Shown here: positions 1-10,493 of the stretch, in pieces | Numbering within the stretch: the first letter of the stretch is position 1 | Layout of the letters: each line of letters begins with the position of its first letter | Source of the DNA: Candidatus Aminicenantes bacterium | GTDB lineage: Bacteria > Acidobacteriota > Aminicenantia > Aminicenantales > JAFGBC01 | Length of the DNA stretch: 64,000 nucleotides | Reading direction: 5' to 3' | Assembly: GCA_963702005.1 (NCBI GenBank) | Contig: OY969696.1 | Location: 1,504,001 to 1,568,000 of the forward strand | Notes under the pieces: generated by a model | Seen by the model: only the letters and a program-made list of their open reading frames with translations | Databases searched by the model: none | Told to the model about the DNA's origin: nothing | Made by a program: the position numbers and the translations under genes

Positions 1-863
1 GCCAGGGCAGTATCCGTCCGCAGGCGGGGATTCGTGTTCTTGATGATAATCATGACGACGACGATCAGCAGATACTTTCCTGCCGCTCCCAGCCAGCCCA
101 TGCCCCGGAGGTTGAACCCCCCCCAGAAGAGTAGGATGAGCAGGAAGGGGAAAACGGCATACATCATGAACTGGGCGATTTTCCAGAAGGCGAGGAGCGG
201 GCCGCCGTATTCCATGAGCGGTCCCTCCACGATTTCGGTTTCGGCCTCGGGGATGTGAAAGGGCGGAAGGGCCATTTTAGCCTGGACGGAGAGGAGGCCC
301 ACGACGAAGGCCAGGACGCCCGAGATCGACCCTAAGAACACTCCGTGCTCGGCCTGGGCCGCCAGGATCCGGTCGAGCTCCAGCGAGTAGCCCGAACGGA
401 TGACGGGGACCAGGCAGACGAGAAGAAATGCCAGCTCGTCGGCGAGCAGTAGCTTGATTTCACGGCCCGCGCCCAGGCTGGAGAAAACGTTGCCGGTCGC
501 CGCGCCGCCCAGGACGATGGCAACCGAGTAGATCATCAGGAGATAGATCACGACGATAAGGTCGCCGCCGACCCCCCGCCCGAAGAATAAAGCGCCACCG
601 ACAAGGGTCGCCACGACCGAAAGCATGGCCAGCGCGACGATCGGGGCCGCCGTGAACAGCCAGGGAAGGCCGGATTTGGGCAGGATCGTCTCCTTGCCCA
701 TGAGCTTGAAAACGTCGTTGAAATTCTGAAAGAGCGGCGGCCCAACCCGATATTGGAAACGCGCCGAGACCTTTCGATCCAGCCAGCCGGCCATCAGGCC
801 CAACCCGGCCGAGAACAGGAACCCGGGAAAGAAGAGAAGCTGAACAACGATCGATCCGCTCAT
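1..863 (-). CDS. Complex I subunit 1 family membrane subunit (NuoH/HycD/MbhM-like), runs off window start
   Basis: Own translation from ATG at 863: MSGSIVVQLLFFPG..DRKVSARFQYRVGPP..FNDVFKLMGKE..PFHIPEAETEIVEGPLMEYGG; hydrophobic; overlaps stop of the upstream ferredoxin gene. Confidence 0.85.
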   Translation of the reverse strand, partial: MSGSIVVQLLFFPGFLFSAGLGLMAGWLDRKVSARFQYRVGPPLFQNFNDVFKLMGKETILPKSGLPWLFTAAPIVALAMLSVVATLVGGALFFGRGVGGDLIVVIYLLMIYSVAIVLGGAATGNVFSSLGAGREIKLLLADELAFLLVCLVPVIRSGYSLELDRILAAQAEHGVFLGSISGVLAFVVGLLSVQAKMALPPFHIPEAETEIVEGPLMEYGGPLLAFWKIAQFMMYAVFPFLLILLFWGGFNLRGMGWLGAAGKYLLIVVVMIIIKNTNPRLRTDTAL

Positions 864-1369
864 GGCCGGCCTTCCTTGCGCCGCCAGTTCGGGCTTTTCA
901 AAGCCAGGCGCTCGCCGACGAGATAGATATGATTCGCGGGATCTTCCTTTTCGACGTCTTTCATCGCGAAGCTCCCGGGCGGGGCCGTCCGGACGCAGAG
1001 AGGTTGATAGTCCGGATCGTCATGGAGCTGGTTCAGGCAGAGGTCGCAGTGGGCGCTGACGTAGTTGATGACCTCGGGGACAATCGTCCCGAACGGGCAG
1101 GCCAGGACGCAGCTTTTGCAGCCGACACAGCGCATGTTGAAGCGCTTGACGGTCCCGTTGGCCTGACGTTCCAGGGCCTCCTTGGGGCAGGCCTTGACGC
1201 AGAAGGCTTCCCGGCATTGCCGGCAGTAGGCGGCGAACTCGGCGACCTCGAGGAGCGAGAACACGCCGGGATTGATCCGGTGGAACAAGTACTCGCAGGC
1301 GATGGTCTCGGCGGAAACGCCGGACGCCAAGAGGACGGGGACGTCGATGAATAATTTCTTCAATCCCAT
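860..1369 (-). CDS. 4Fe-4S dicluster ferredoxin-like subunit
   Basis: CRQCREAFCVKACP and CVGCKSCVLACPFG motifs. Confidence 0.85.
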   Translation of the reverse strand: MGLKKLFIDVPVLLASGVSAETIACEYLFHRINPGVFSLLEVAEFAAYCRQCREAFCVKACPKEALERQANGTVKRFNMRCVGCKSCVLACPFGTIVPEVINYVSAHCDLCLNQLHDDPDYQPLCVRTAPPGSFAMKDVEKEDPANHIYLVGERLALKSPNWRRKEGRP

Positions 1370-2184
1370 AGTCCCTCCTCGTTCTTGATTTGGGCATAGG
1401 TGAAGACGGGGCCGTGTTTACAGACGTAGTATTCCCCCATCAGGCAGTGGCGGCACTGGCCGATCCCGCAGTACATTTTCTTTTCCATGGACAGGTAGAT
1501 GTTCTCCTCCCGGAATCCGAGCTTGAGGAGGTCCAACGTCCCGAATTTCATCATGACCGGCGGGCCGCAGACGACGGCCGGGTTGGTGCGGGGGTCGATC
1601 TTCAGCTTGGCGAGGAGTTTGGTCACCAGGCAGATGTCCTCGTCCCAGGTTTCGCCGGCGGGGACGGCGTCCACGGCCCGGAAGAGGCGGACCTTGGGGT
1701 GGCTGCGCCATTGGGGGAAGGCGTCCTTGTAAATGCAGTCCTGGGGGGTTTTGGAACCGGCGTAGAAAGTGATGCTGTTGTATTTGTCGCTCTCGTCAAG
1801 GAGCGTCAGGAACAACGAGCGGAGCGGCGCCAGCCCGCAACCGCCTCCGAGGATGAGAAGGTCCCTGCCTTCGAACTTGTCCAGCGGATAGAACGAACCG
1901 AAGGGTCCCCGCAAACCGACCCGATCTCCGGGCCGGGAGAGATGGACCTGCTCGGTGACAAACCCGGCTTTCATGACCGTCACGTCGATGACGTCCGAGA
2001 CGAAATGGGACGAGGACGGGGTAAACGGCGCTTCTCCGATGCCGGGAAGGCTGAGTTCGATGAACTGGCCGGTCCGAAACGGGATGGGGCGCTCGGGCCG
2101 GAGACGGAGGGTCAGGATAAGGGGCGATTCCGGGATGGTTTCCTCGATCACGGCCGGAATCACCTCATAAGGATTGGGGTTCAT
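1360..2184 (-). CDS. FAD/NAD(P)-binding oxidoreductase (sulfhydrogenase gamma / AsrB-like)
   Basis: LRGPFG, GGGCGLAPLRS, VCGPPVMM, MYCGIGQCRHC..VCKHGPVF. Confidence 0.88.
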   Translation of the reverse strand: MNPNPYEVIPAVIEETIPESPLILTLRLRPERPIPFRTGQFIELSLPGIGEAPFTPSSSHFVSDVIDVTVMKAGFVTEQVHLSRPGDRVGLRGPFGSFYPLDKFEGRDLLILGGGCGLAPLRSLFLTLLDESDKYNSITFYAGSKTPQDCIYKDAFPQWRSHPKVRLFRAVDAVPAGETWDEDICLVTKLLAKLKIDPRTNPAVVCGPPVMMKFGTLDLLKLGFREENIYLSMEKKMYCGIGQCRHCLMGEYYVCKHGPVFTYAQIKNEEGLWD

Positions 2185-2194
2185 GATCGACTCC

Positions 2195-3250
2195 TCATCG
2201 GGGAACGTTCCGGTCCTGCGGCTGAGCGGAGGGCGCCCCCAGCATCCGGCGAACCACGTCTCGGAACTCGATGCCGCCCGGACAAGCTTCCGTACAGCGT
2301 CCGCATCCGGTGCAGCCCAGGCGTCCGAATTGGCCGTTCATGAAGACGAATTTGCAGAGATACCTATGGCGGAAGCGCTCGGAGATTTGGGGCCGGGGCG
2401 ACGCCCCGCTGGCGACGCGGGCGTAACCGTGCCACTGACAGGAATCGTAGGAGCGAGCTTTGACGAACGGCCCGCCCTCGCCTTCCTCATTCAGGATGAG
2501 GCAGTAACACGTGGGGCAGATGTTGGTACAGGCTCCGCAGCCGACGCACTCGCCGGCCGCCTCCTTCCAGCCCTCCGGGGGAGCGGATCGGAGCCGGGCG
2601 TAGTCGTCCGGGCGCCGGAACGGCTCGTTCTGGGAACGGACGCGCCGAACCATTTCGGCGCGTCGCGCCTCGACCGCCGACATGATCCGGCTGCCGGGCT
2701 CTTCCAGGGAGGCGTTGGCTTTGAGTTCCTCCACGAACCGCTTCCCTTTTTCGCTCGCCGCGGTCAGGAGGTAGCTCCCCTCGACCGGGGAAGCGTTCAG
2801 GTCGAATCCCGTTTCCGCATAGGGTTTCCCCCCGACCAGCGTGCAGTGGCAGGTCGGCGCCGCGTCGGTGCAGTCGAACGCGATAAGGGTCGTGTCCTCA
2901 CGCCAGGCCGCGTAGGCGGGATCGATGAAGTCGTCGTTGATCAGGGCGCGGTCGAGGAGTTCGAGACCTTTGAGGTCACAGGCTTTCGCTCCCGCGATGA
3001 GGCGCCGGATGCGCTTCCGGCCGAACGGCGCGACGCGCTCCCGGGCCAGATAGAAAAGGGATTTGAGGGGGTCGATGGAGCGAAAGCCGTCGAGCGCGGG
3101 TCGTCCCCGGGCCGGGAACGGCTTGAAGAAGGATTTTCCTCCGAGGTCTTCTGGAGGCAAGATGGGAAGATAAACCTCTTCGTAGGGGCTGAATCTCTCT
3201 TCGGAACACCATCTGAGAAAGGCGAGGAACGGTTCGGCAGGAATAAGCAC
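2195..3250 (-). CDS. 4Fe-4S protein (sulfhydrogenase beta / AsrA-like)
   Basis: CVGCGACTNICPTCYC, RFRHRYLCKF, GCTGCGRCTEACP. Confidence 0.85.
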   Translation of the reverse strand: MLIPAEPFLAFLRWCSEERFSPYEEVYLPILPPEDLGGKSFFKPFPARGRPALDGFRSIDPLKSLFYLARERVAPFGRKRIRRLIAGAKACDLKGLELLDRALINDDFIDPAYAAWREDTTLIAFDCTDAAPTCHCTLVGGKPYAETGFDLNASPVEGSYLLTAASEKGKRFVEELKANASLEEPGSRIMSAVEARRAEMVRRVRSQNEPFRRPDDYARLRSAPPEGWKEAAGECVGCGACTNICPTCYCLILNEEGEGGPFVKARSYDSCQWHGYARVASGASPRPQISERFRHRYLCKFVFMNGQFGRLGCTGCGRCTEACPGGIEFRDVVRRMLGAPSAQPQDRNVPR

Positions 3251-3539
3251 TCGGCTACCTCCTTCAAGATGGGGAAACTGCGGAGAGAAAAAGAATGAAT
3301 GGCAAACCCAAATCTGCTTCGCTGTCGCGGCAAGCCGATAAATTCCTTTTCTACGGTAGCTACCGTTTGTTGGTTCGTTTATATAATGAGGGTCGGGATA
3401 TTGTCAATAAGTAATTTTTGGTTGAGTTTTGCCCTGGGTTTCGACCGGCCGCAGGGCGAGGTTCGGATCCCGCCAAGATTGACTCATCCCGGCATTTATG
3501 CTAATAATAAACTCTTGTAAATATAGAAATCAGGGAACC

Positions 3540-4358
3540 ATGGCGTTCGTTAACTATACGACCAACAACCTGGCCGTCAAGGTCGTCTGCTACGGCCCCG
3601 GCCTGAGCGGGAAGACGACGAACCTCCGCTACATCTATTTTAAGCTTGACGCCTCCTCCCGGGGCGACCTGGTCTGCCTGGAGACGGACACCGAGCGGAC
3701 CTTCTTCTTCGACCTCCTCCCCATCAAGGCCGGCCTGATCGGCGACTTCAAGGTCCATTTCCAGCTCCTGACCGTCCCCGGCCAGGTCTTCTACGAGGCT
3801 TCCCGCAAGAGCGTCCTCAAGGGCGCGGACGGGCTCATTTTCGTGGCCGATTCTCAGATCCCCCTCCTCGACGCCAACCTGGAAAGCTTCGACGGACTGC
3901 GCCGGAACCTCCTCGAGCAGGACGTCGACCTCAACCAGGTCCCGCTCGTCTTCCAGTACAACAAACGCGACCTGGAGCACCTCATTCCGGTCGAGACCTT
4001 CAACAACCTCCTCAACCCGCGGCGCCTGCCCTTCATCGAGGCTTCGGCCCTCAACGGCTGGGGCGTCTTCGAGACCCTGCGCGAGATCGCCAAGATCACG
4101 ATCCCGGTCGTCCGGGAGAAGGTCCTGGGCGACAAGCGGAAGCCGGACCAGAAAGAGATCGCCGAGAAGCGGATGGACGAGTACATCGAGAAGGAAGCCC
4201 AGCGGCGGAAGGAGATGAAGGACGCCAAGGTCGACGTCGAGTTCGCCTCGCCCGAGTCCGCCGCCCCGATCAAGGTCACCAAGATCAAGATCAAGCATCC
4301 CGACGAGATCGAAAAAGAAATCGAACGGCTGGCTCGGGAATTCACGAGCAAAAAATAA
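3540..4358 (+). CDS. mglA: MglA-family small GTPase with charged C-terminal extension
   Basis: YGPGLSGKTTNL, RTFFFDLLP, TVPGQVFY, QYNKRDL; start at ATG 3540 (MAFVNY). Confidence 0.85.
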   Translation: MAFVNYTTNNLAVKVVCYGPGLSGKTTNLRYIYFKLDASSRGDLVCLETDTERTFFFDLLPIKAGLIGDFKVHFQLLTVPGQVFYEASRKSVLKGADGLIFVADSQIPLLDANLESFDGLRRNLLEQDVDLNQVPLVFQYNKRDLEHLIPVETFNNLLNPRRLPFIEASALNGWGVFETLREIAKITIPVVREKVLGDKRKPDQKEIAEKRMDEYIEKEAQRRKEMKDAKVDVEFASPESAAPIKVTKIKIKHPDEIEKEIERLAREFTSKK

Positions 4359-4496
4359 AAACGGGGCAAACCCGCGCTTTTATTTCTCCTACAATTTCCT
4401 GAAATTTTCCGTTTTTCCCGGGTGCGAATGAAAAGCGCAGGCTAGCCCTTTGATATCTTCCCAGGCCGAGGCGCGTCTTTTCTCGATGGGGACGCC

Positions 4497-5545
4497 ATGC
4501 TCTTCCGGATCGCCTCGGCCGCCCTGCTGGGGATCGACGCCTACCTCGTCGAGGTCGAGGTGGACGTCTCGGCCGGGCTCCCCCAGTTCGTGATCGTGGG
4601 GCTCCCCGACGCCGCGGTCCGGGAGAGCAAAGAACGCGTTCAGGCGGCCCTCAAGAACTGCGGTTACGAAGGGATGCCCTCCAAGGTCGTCGTCAACCTC
4701 GCCCCCGCCAATCGGCGCAAGGAGGGCTCGTCCTTCGACCTGCCCATCGCGCTCGGCCTGCTCGCGGACCTTGGCGTCGTGCCCTCCGAGCGGCTCCGCG
4801 ACCGCCTCTTCCTGGCCGAACTGGCCTTGGATGGGCGGCTTAAGCCCGCTCGGGGGATCCTTGCGGCTACGGTTCTCGCCCGGAGCAAAGGATTCCATGG
4901 CGTCGTCGTCGCCAAGGACAACGAAAAGGAGGCCTGCTTGGTGGGGGATGTCTCCGTCCACGGCCCGGAGAACCTTGTCCAGGTCGTCCGGCTTCTCCAG
5001 GACCCCGAGGCCGTGCCGCCGTCCCGGTTCGAGCGCGAGCTCCTGCCGGCTTCCGAAGACCATGACCTCGATTTCGGGGATGTCAAGGGCCAGACCCATG
5101 CCAAGCGCGCCCTCGAAGTGGCCTCGGCGGGGGCCCATAACGTCTTGATGGTCGGGCCGCCGGGCGCCGGGAAGACCATGCTGGCCCGGCGTCTGCCGAC
5201 CATCCTTCCTCCCCTGAGCTTTGAGGAGATCATCGAGGCGACCCAGATCTACAGCGCCGCGGGGCTCCTCCGGGACCGGGCCTGCATAGCGTCCCGGCCC
5301 TTCCGCGCGCCCCATCACACGGTCACGGACTCGGCCATGATCGGAGGCGGGGCGATCCCTCGGCCCGGGGAGGTCAGCCTAGCCCACCACGGCGTCCTCT
5401 TCCTCGACGAGCTCCCCGAGTTCCGGCGCCCCGTCCTCGACGGCCTTCGCCAGCCGCTCGAGGACGGCCGGGTGACGGTCAGCCGCGTCCTGCATTCCGT
5501 CACGTTCCCGGCGCGGTTCATGCTCGTCGCGGCCATGAATCCCTG
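4497..5545 (+). pseudogene. comM: ComM/YifB Mg-chelatase-like AAA+ ATPase, 5' part, interrupted by island
   Basis: [52 protein letters not shown], then abrupt switch to AT-rich DNA; rejoined to 61240-61711 gives a 1521-nt (506 aa) open frame. Confidence 0.93.
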
Positions 5546-7023
5546 TAGTTGCGTTGCTCAGTTGCCATCATTTTAGAAGATGAGGGAAGGTAGGCAAGAT
5601 GAATCGTGACGTCTTCCTTGCCGATAATGATCTTCTCGGTAATATTTTCTATGATTTTTCTTTTTTCTTCAGCGGTAAGCTCAGGCCAGCGGGAGTAGAG
5701 GTCTTTAGCTTCGGCCAGTATTTGATCACTAGAAAGGAATTGAATCTTCAAGAAATCTATCTCTCCTTGAAGATCGGGTATCCGAGTCTCAAGCTGTTTG
5801 ACTCTCTCTTCCAAGGGCTTATGATATCGTCCAAAGACTTCTACGGAAAGCTCGTTATTGATATAGGCTCGATAGAGCTTTTCCATCTCTGATTCGAGCT
5901 TCTTCTTTTCTTCGTTTATCGCCCGAAGTAGCTCTTCTTTTTCTTTGATCACATGATCGGCTTGGCTGAGGTAATTGGCTATCTCTTTAGGAGAGAAAAA
6001 GAAGGTCTTCAGCTGCTCATGAAAAATGTCTTCTAAATCCTTTTCTCCGATCTTGTTCCGGCACTTGTAGCAGATATATTTAGGAGAATTCGAGGGCACG
6101 TACATCTTATATTCGCACTGGCAGTAGACATGCCCGGTGAATAAGTGGACCGGCTTCCTGGCCGGTCTTTTATTGGTTTTTTCCTGCTCGTCGAGGATGG
6201 CGTTGCACTGATCCCAGAGCTCTTCAGAGATAATCGGTTCAACTTTTATATATACCCACTCGTCCGTGGGCTTGATGATCCGTTTTTTGCCCTTCTCCGG
6301 CGGTCCTTTTGTCCAGTTTGCTCGATGAAGACCCTTGGCTGTGGTGTCTTTTATAAGCCTTACAACCGTTGTATCCGAAAATTTATGGCCTCTTCTTGTA
6401 CGATATCCAGCTTCATTAAGCACCCGAGCGACTGTCTTTTTTCTTCTGTGTTCCAGGAAAAGCTCGTAGATTAGCTTGCGGAGAGGCGCTTCCTTGGGAT
6501 CCGGGATGAGCTTTTTTTCTTTCCATTGATAGCCAAAGGGAGCTTGTCCGCCAGTGGGTTTTCCCAGCTTAGCCCTGATTGAGACCGAAGCAGCTACTCT
6601 TTCGGAAATCTCTTCCCTTTCCCATTGGGCCATGGCTGCGATCATGGTGTAGAAGAGCCTGCCTGCGGGGGAGGAGGTGTCGATAGCTTCTTGGAGGGAT
6701 ATAAGGTCGACATTGTGTTCCCTGAAGATGTCAGCGAATTCAAGGAGTTCTTTGGTGTTTCTGGCGAGCCTGGCGAGCTTTGAAAATATCAAGGCAGTGA
6801 TATGGCCTGATTTGATATGTCCGAGCATTTTCTGGGTCTCGGGCAAGCCCATGACGGACTTTCCGCTGACAGCCTCAAGGTGATAGACCTCTTTAACCTG
6901 CCAGCCCTTGGATTCGGCGTAAAACCGGGCTCTTTTCTCGTGATGTTCCGGGCTTTCGCCCCTGGCCTGGTCTTCGGTCGAGACCCGAATCCAGATGCCA
7001 ACGGGCCTGGAGTTGACTATCAT
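5518..7023 (-). CDS. Large serine recombinase LSR1 (island integrase); C-terminus reads across attL
   Basis: [10 protein letters not shown] catalytic motif, [17 protein letters not shown], zinc ribbon CQC..CYKC, coiled coil. Confidence 0.93.
   Translation of the reverse strand: MIVNSRPVGIWIRVSTEDQARGESPEHHEKRARFYAESKGWQVKEVYHLEAVSGKSVMGLPETQKMLGHIKSGHITALIFSKLARLARNTKELLEFADIFREHNVDLISLQEAIDTSSPAGRLFYTMIAAMAQWEREEISERVAASVSIRAKLGKPTGGQAPFGYQWKEKKLIPDPKEAPLRKLIYELFLEHRRKKTVARVLNEAGYRTRRGHKFSDTTVVRLIKDTTAKGLHRANWTKGPPEKGKKRIIKPTDEWVYIKVEPIISEELWDQCNAILDEQEKTNKRPARKPVHLFTGHVYCQCEYKMYVPSNSPKYICYKCRNKIGEKDLEDIFHEQLKTFFFSPKEIANYLSQADHVIKEKEELLRAINEEKKKLESEMEKLYRAYINNELSVEVFGRYHKPLEERVKQLETRIPDLQGEIDFLKIQFLSSDQILAEAKDLYSRWPELTAEEKRKIIENITEKIIIGKEDVTIHLAYLPSSSKMMATEQRNYRDSWPRRA
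5525..5570. other. attL of comM island
   Basis: comM ..ATGAAT-CCCTG-TAGTTGCGTTGCTCAGTTGCCAT; the right arm is an imperfect inverted repeat of the arm left of attR. Confidence 0.85.
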
Positions 7024-7093
7024 TAGAATCCTGAAATATAGAAGTAAACCTGAGATTATTTTATTCCGAGTAGGCCTTTATATCAATTAAATC

Positions 7094-7354
7094 TCATAGA
7101 ATCGATGAACGATGCGAGCTATGAGAGGCATGAGAAGAATGCGAACCGTGATTGGGGCCGCTTGGGATGTTGCAGGCGGCCATGCCTAATTTTAAGATCA
7201 GTCCTTGATTTTTTTGAAGGCCACTTTTATTGAAATTAAGTAATCTGCTTTTTATCGGACTGCCAAAATCACCTGAGGGCATTTTGGAAATAGAAAATCC
7301 TAAAAGTACAAATAACGATAACAATCCTTTAAGAACAATTTTGAATATTTTCAT
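7094..7354 (-). CDS. hxsA: His-Xaa-Ser repeat precursor peptide (HxsA-like), 86 aa
   Basis: Ends HGSHSSHASHSSHRSS; hydrophobic N-terminus; GGGAG RBS before ATG 7354. Confidence 0.75.
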   Translation of the reverse strand: MKIFKIVLKGLLSLFVLLGFSISKMPSGDFGSPIKSRLLNFNKSGLQKNQGLILKLGMAACNIPSGPNHGSHSSHASHSSHRSSIL

Positions 7355-7575
7355 CTCCCTTAAGCTCCTTTTAGCAATTCTGTGACTACCAGGCACTTTC
7401 TTAGGAACTTCCTTATAGCGCCTGATCTCTGTTGAAATAAATATAATCGGGATATTCTTAATTGTCAAACACCTTTTTTCGTGTTTGTAAGCGTGAAGTT
7501 TGATAAAATAATATCACTATTTTTGGACGTGCCTTTAGTTTAGTATTAAATAAAATGAGGATTGGGGGAACAGGA

Positions 7576-8385
7576 ATGGAGAAAATTAAGAAAAAAGTCT
7601 ATGCGCTTGTCGAGGTCGTTTCGCACAAAGATCTCATAACTCGTAAGTTCGATGTTTTCGATATCTTCATTATCGTTTTAATTGTCTTGAATATTCTTGC
7701 TGTAATCCTCGAAACCGTAAAAGGTATATATAACTCAATTCCACAGCTGTTTAGGTATTTTGAAATATTCTCGATAATAGCTTTTACGATTGAATATACG
7801 CTCAGGGTTTGGACTTGTACGGTCAACGAAAAATATAGAAATCCTATTACCGGGAGAATTAGATTTGTTTTGTCTCCTCTTGCCTTGGTCGATTTATTTG
7901 CTTTCTTGCCGTTCTATATCCCAATGATCATCCCTTTCGACCTGAGATTTCTGAGAGCTTTCAGATTATTGAGATTGATCCGCGTTCTTAAGATCGGAAG
8001 ATATTCGGAAGCGGTCAAGCTCTTCGGTCGAGTACTAAATGCTAAAAGGGCCGAATTATTTACAGCGATATTCGTCATTTTCGTGCTTCTGATCATATCT
8101 TCGAGCTTGCTATACTATATCGAGCACGAAGCGCAGCCGGATAAATTTTCAAGTATTCCCGAGGCAATGTGGTGGGGCGTAGTCACTCTGACGACCGTAG
8201 GCTACGGAGATATCTATCCGATTACACCTTTCGGAAAATTCATAGCGTCCGTCATTAGCCTTTTGGGCATAGGCTTGTTTGCTATGCCCGCAGGTATCTT
8301 GAGCGCGGGGTTTGTTGAAGAGATTAAAACAAAAAAAACGGCACGGGATAAATGCCCTCATTGTGGGGTGGACTTGAACGATTGA
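7576..8385 (+). CDS. Voltage-gated potassium channel family ion transporter
   Basis: TLTTVGYGD selectivity filter; S4-like RFLRAFRLLRLIRVLK. Confidence 0.9.
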   Translation: MEKIKKKVYALVEVVSHKDLITRKFDVFDIFIIVLIVLNILAVILETVKGIYNSIPQLFRYFEIFSIIAFTIEYTLRVWTCTVNEKYRNPITGRIRFVLSPLALVDLFAFLPFYIPMIIPFDLRFLRAFRLLRLIRVLKIGRYSEAVKLFGRVLNAKRAELFTAIFVIFVLLIISSSLLYYIEHEAQPDKFSSIPEAMWWGVVTLTTVGYGDIYPITPFGKFIASVISLLGIGLFAMPAGILSAGFVEEIKTKKTARDKCPHCGVDLND

Positions 8386-8449
8386 AAAAAGACGAAATGA
8401 AGAATAAAGTCCGAGATAGGATGATGAATAAGCGTAAGAGTAATCGGCA

Positions 8450-10129
8450 GTGACTCTAAATCCTTTTGAAGTGACGGGCATTTTCTTTTTCGGAAGCCTG
8501 GTTCTCGGATTTGGTTATTTAACGATAAACAAATACACAAGAAATGTATTCAAGAAGTATTGGAAAATCATCATCATCTTGATCTTGGTCAACATTGCTA
8601 TGAAGATTCCTTATAAATCGTATTTCTTTGATGGCTTGGAATATGAAGACTCTTATATCTACAAGGCTTCAGCCAGGGCACTCTATGAAGGAGAATACGA
8701 ATTCTCAGCTATCAACCCTTACTATCCGACATCTTGTATTTGTGGGAGTCTGAAAGACTGCCGAATGTCAGGGATTTTTGTTACGAACTTTTTAGGCTAT
8801 CCATATCTCATTAATCTCGGCTATCGCCTTTTTGGCTATCAGATAAATATCGCCAATATCGTTTCGCTGTTATTTTCGGGGATATCGATTGCTTTTTTAT
8901 TTACAGCGGCCCTTCTCATAATAGACAAGCTTCTTTTTGCCCTTATCTGTTGTTTTATCTATATCACGATCCCCATATTCAACGTATATGCTTCGACTTC
9001 GCTGACCGAACCATTGTCCAACGCCTATCTGATCCTAATACTTCTGCTATGTCTGACATTTATGAACCCGGACATAGAAGGAAAAAGAGTTCAATTTCAA
9101 AATATCCTTGGATTATCTGCTATTGTCTTCAGCCTGATATTCTCGATTCTGGTAAAGACCACCAATATATCTTTGGTCGTCTGTCTGCCGGTTGCCGGCC
9201 TGATATCTTTGGTGGCCGATAAGAAGATTAAAGATAAATATCAGAGGAACAGGCTCTTGATCTTTCTTTCGGTCATCTTTCTTGTATTTTTATTCAGCGC
9301 CCTGGTATTGAAATTTCAGGCGGCGGTTGAAATCAATAGAGGAGATATCGGGGCAAATCCCTTCTCACTTTCGTATTTTAAATCCCTGGCCCCGGTATTT
9401 GTTAAGTCTTTCTTTGATTTCCAATGGTATTTAGTCTATACGATATTTTTCCTTACTGGAATCGTTTTTGGGTTGAAAGAGAAGAACGGAATATTACCGA
9501 TTATTGTTTTTGTCTTCTACTTCGTTTTATATACGGTCCACTATCGGAGCTATTATTTTACACGGGGCCTTCCTGTGATGAAGGATGAAGCCCTGAGATA
9601 TATGACGAGCATCGTTTCGGTATACTCGCTTATTGTCGGTCTTGGCATTTATTATCTCTGGCGCTCGATCAAAAAAGCAACGACGAATAGCCAGGTAAGG
9701 CTTTTTGATAAATCATTAATCGCTTCGCTGCTTGTTATTATTCTGGGCGTATCTGTGTTCTTCACGCTCAAATGCCGAGCTCATTTCGTAGAAGACGAAC
9801 AAAACGTTCGAGTTGCACCAGTGATAAAAACCTTAGATTATTTATCCACCAAAGACGATGTCTTGATTACTTCCGAGCATGTTCTCTTCCAGATATACGG
9901 AAACGCTAATCTCAGGCTTATCGATTTCTGTTCCATTGGCACCCTAATTTCTAAAGAAGGAATCGATAGCCTGATTAGATCAGCTAGTGTCTATTACCTG
10001 GAAACGATATCCCGGGACAGCTTGGATGAAAAACGGTATCGACCGCAACTGCAATATCTCGATTCAAAGAGGAAAGAACGTGTTTATTCCGGTCAGGATT
10101 TCAGAATCTTTCGGTTGTTACCTGAGTAG
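8450..10129 (+). CDS. Polytopic membrane protein, possibly GT-C/ArnT/PMT-like glycosyltransferase
   Basis: Many TM segments; acidic YEDSYIY loop after first helices; LTEPL; RY motif late in protein. Confidence 0.5.
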   Translation: MTLNPFEVTGIFFFGSLVLGFGYLTINKYTRNVFKKYWKIIIILILVNIAMKIPYKSYFFDGLEYEDSYIYKASARALYEGEYEFSAINPYYPTSCICGSLKDCRMSGIFVTNFLGYPYLINLGYRLFGYQINIANIVSLLFSGISIAFLFTAALLIIDKLLFALICCFIYITIPIFNVYASTSLTEPLSNAYLILILLLCLTFMNPDIEGKRVQFQNILGLSAIVFSLIFSILVKTTNISLVVCLPVAGLISLVADKKIKDKYQRNRLLIFLSVIFLVFLFSALVLKFQAAVEINRGDIGANPFSLSYFKSLAPVFVKSFFDFQWYLVYTIFFLTGIVFGLKEKNGILPIIVFVFYFVLYTVHYRSYYFTRGLPVMKDEALRYMTSIVSVYSLIVGLGIYYLWRSIKKATTNSQVRLFDKSLIASLLVIILGVSVFFTLKCRAHFVEDEQNVRVAPVIKTLDYLSTKDDVLITSEHVLFQIYGNANLRLIDFCSIGTLISKEGIDSLIRSASVYYLETISRDSLDEKRYRPQLQYLDSKRKERVYSGQDFRIFRLLPE

Positions 10130-10169
10130 AAGGAAATTATTCGTAAGGATATTGTAAAGGAGAATTCAG

Positions 10170-10493
10170 ATGTCTGAGGAAGATAAGATCGAAATCAAAA
10201 TCGACCTATCAATTTACGATAAAGTGGCCACATTGAAGACCTGCTATGTTTTTCAGGATAGGTTTTATACTAGCCTTGAAACAGAGGTTGGATCCATTGC
10301 AATCGTTAAGCTGATACCTAAAAAAGAGTCAATTGACCTTGAAGAGATCGAAAAGCAGTTTAAAGATGAACTGATTGATCAACAAATTAGATTAGAAAAC
10401 GAAAAACTATTTTCCGAAATCAGAAAACTGATCGTCGAACAGGCATTCAAACCAATAAGCTATCCGGAGTTTAAAGCAAATATTGGGAAATGA
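10170..10493 (+). CDS. hxsD: His-Xaa-Ser system protein HxsD
   Basis: Short protein ending FKDELIDQQIRLENEKLFSEIRKLIVEQAF; directly upstream of hxsB. Confidence 0.8.
   Translation: MSEEDKIEIKIDLSIYDKVATLKTCYVFQDRFYTSLETEVGSIAIVKLIPKKESIDLEEIEKQFKDELIDQQIRLENEKLFSEIRKLIVEQAFKPISYPEFKANIGK

Noticed and set aside
3295-3370. GGCAAACC start resembling a c-di-GMP-I riboswitch, and a 14-bp palindrome ACGGTAGCTACCGT (3353-3366)
   Set aside because: GAAA tetraloop and GCAAAGC elements not found; a single palindrome is not enough for a call.
929-5318. Long antisense ORFs (1390-2343, 2174-3298, 3501-4298, 4389-5318)
   Set aside because: Shadows of well-supported genes in GC-rich DNA; no motifs.
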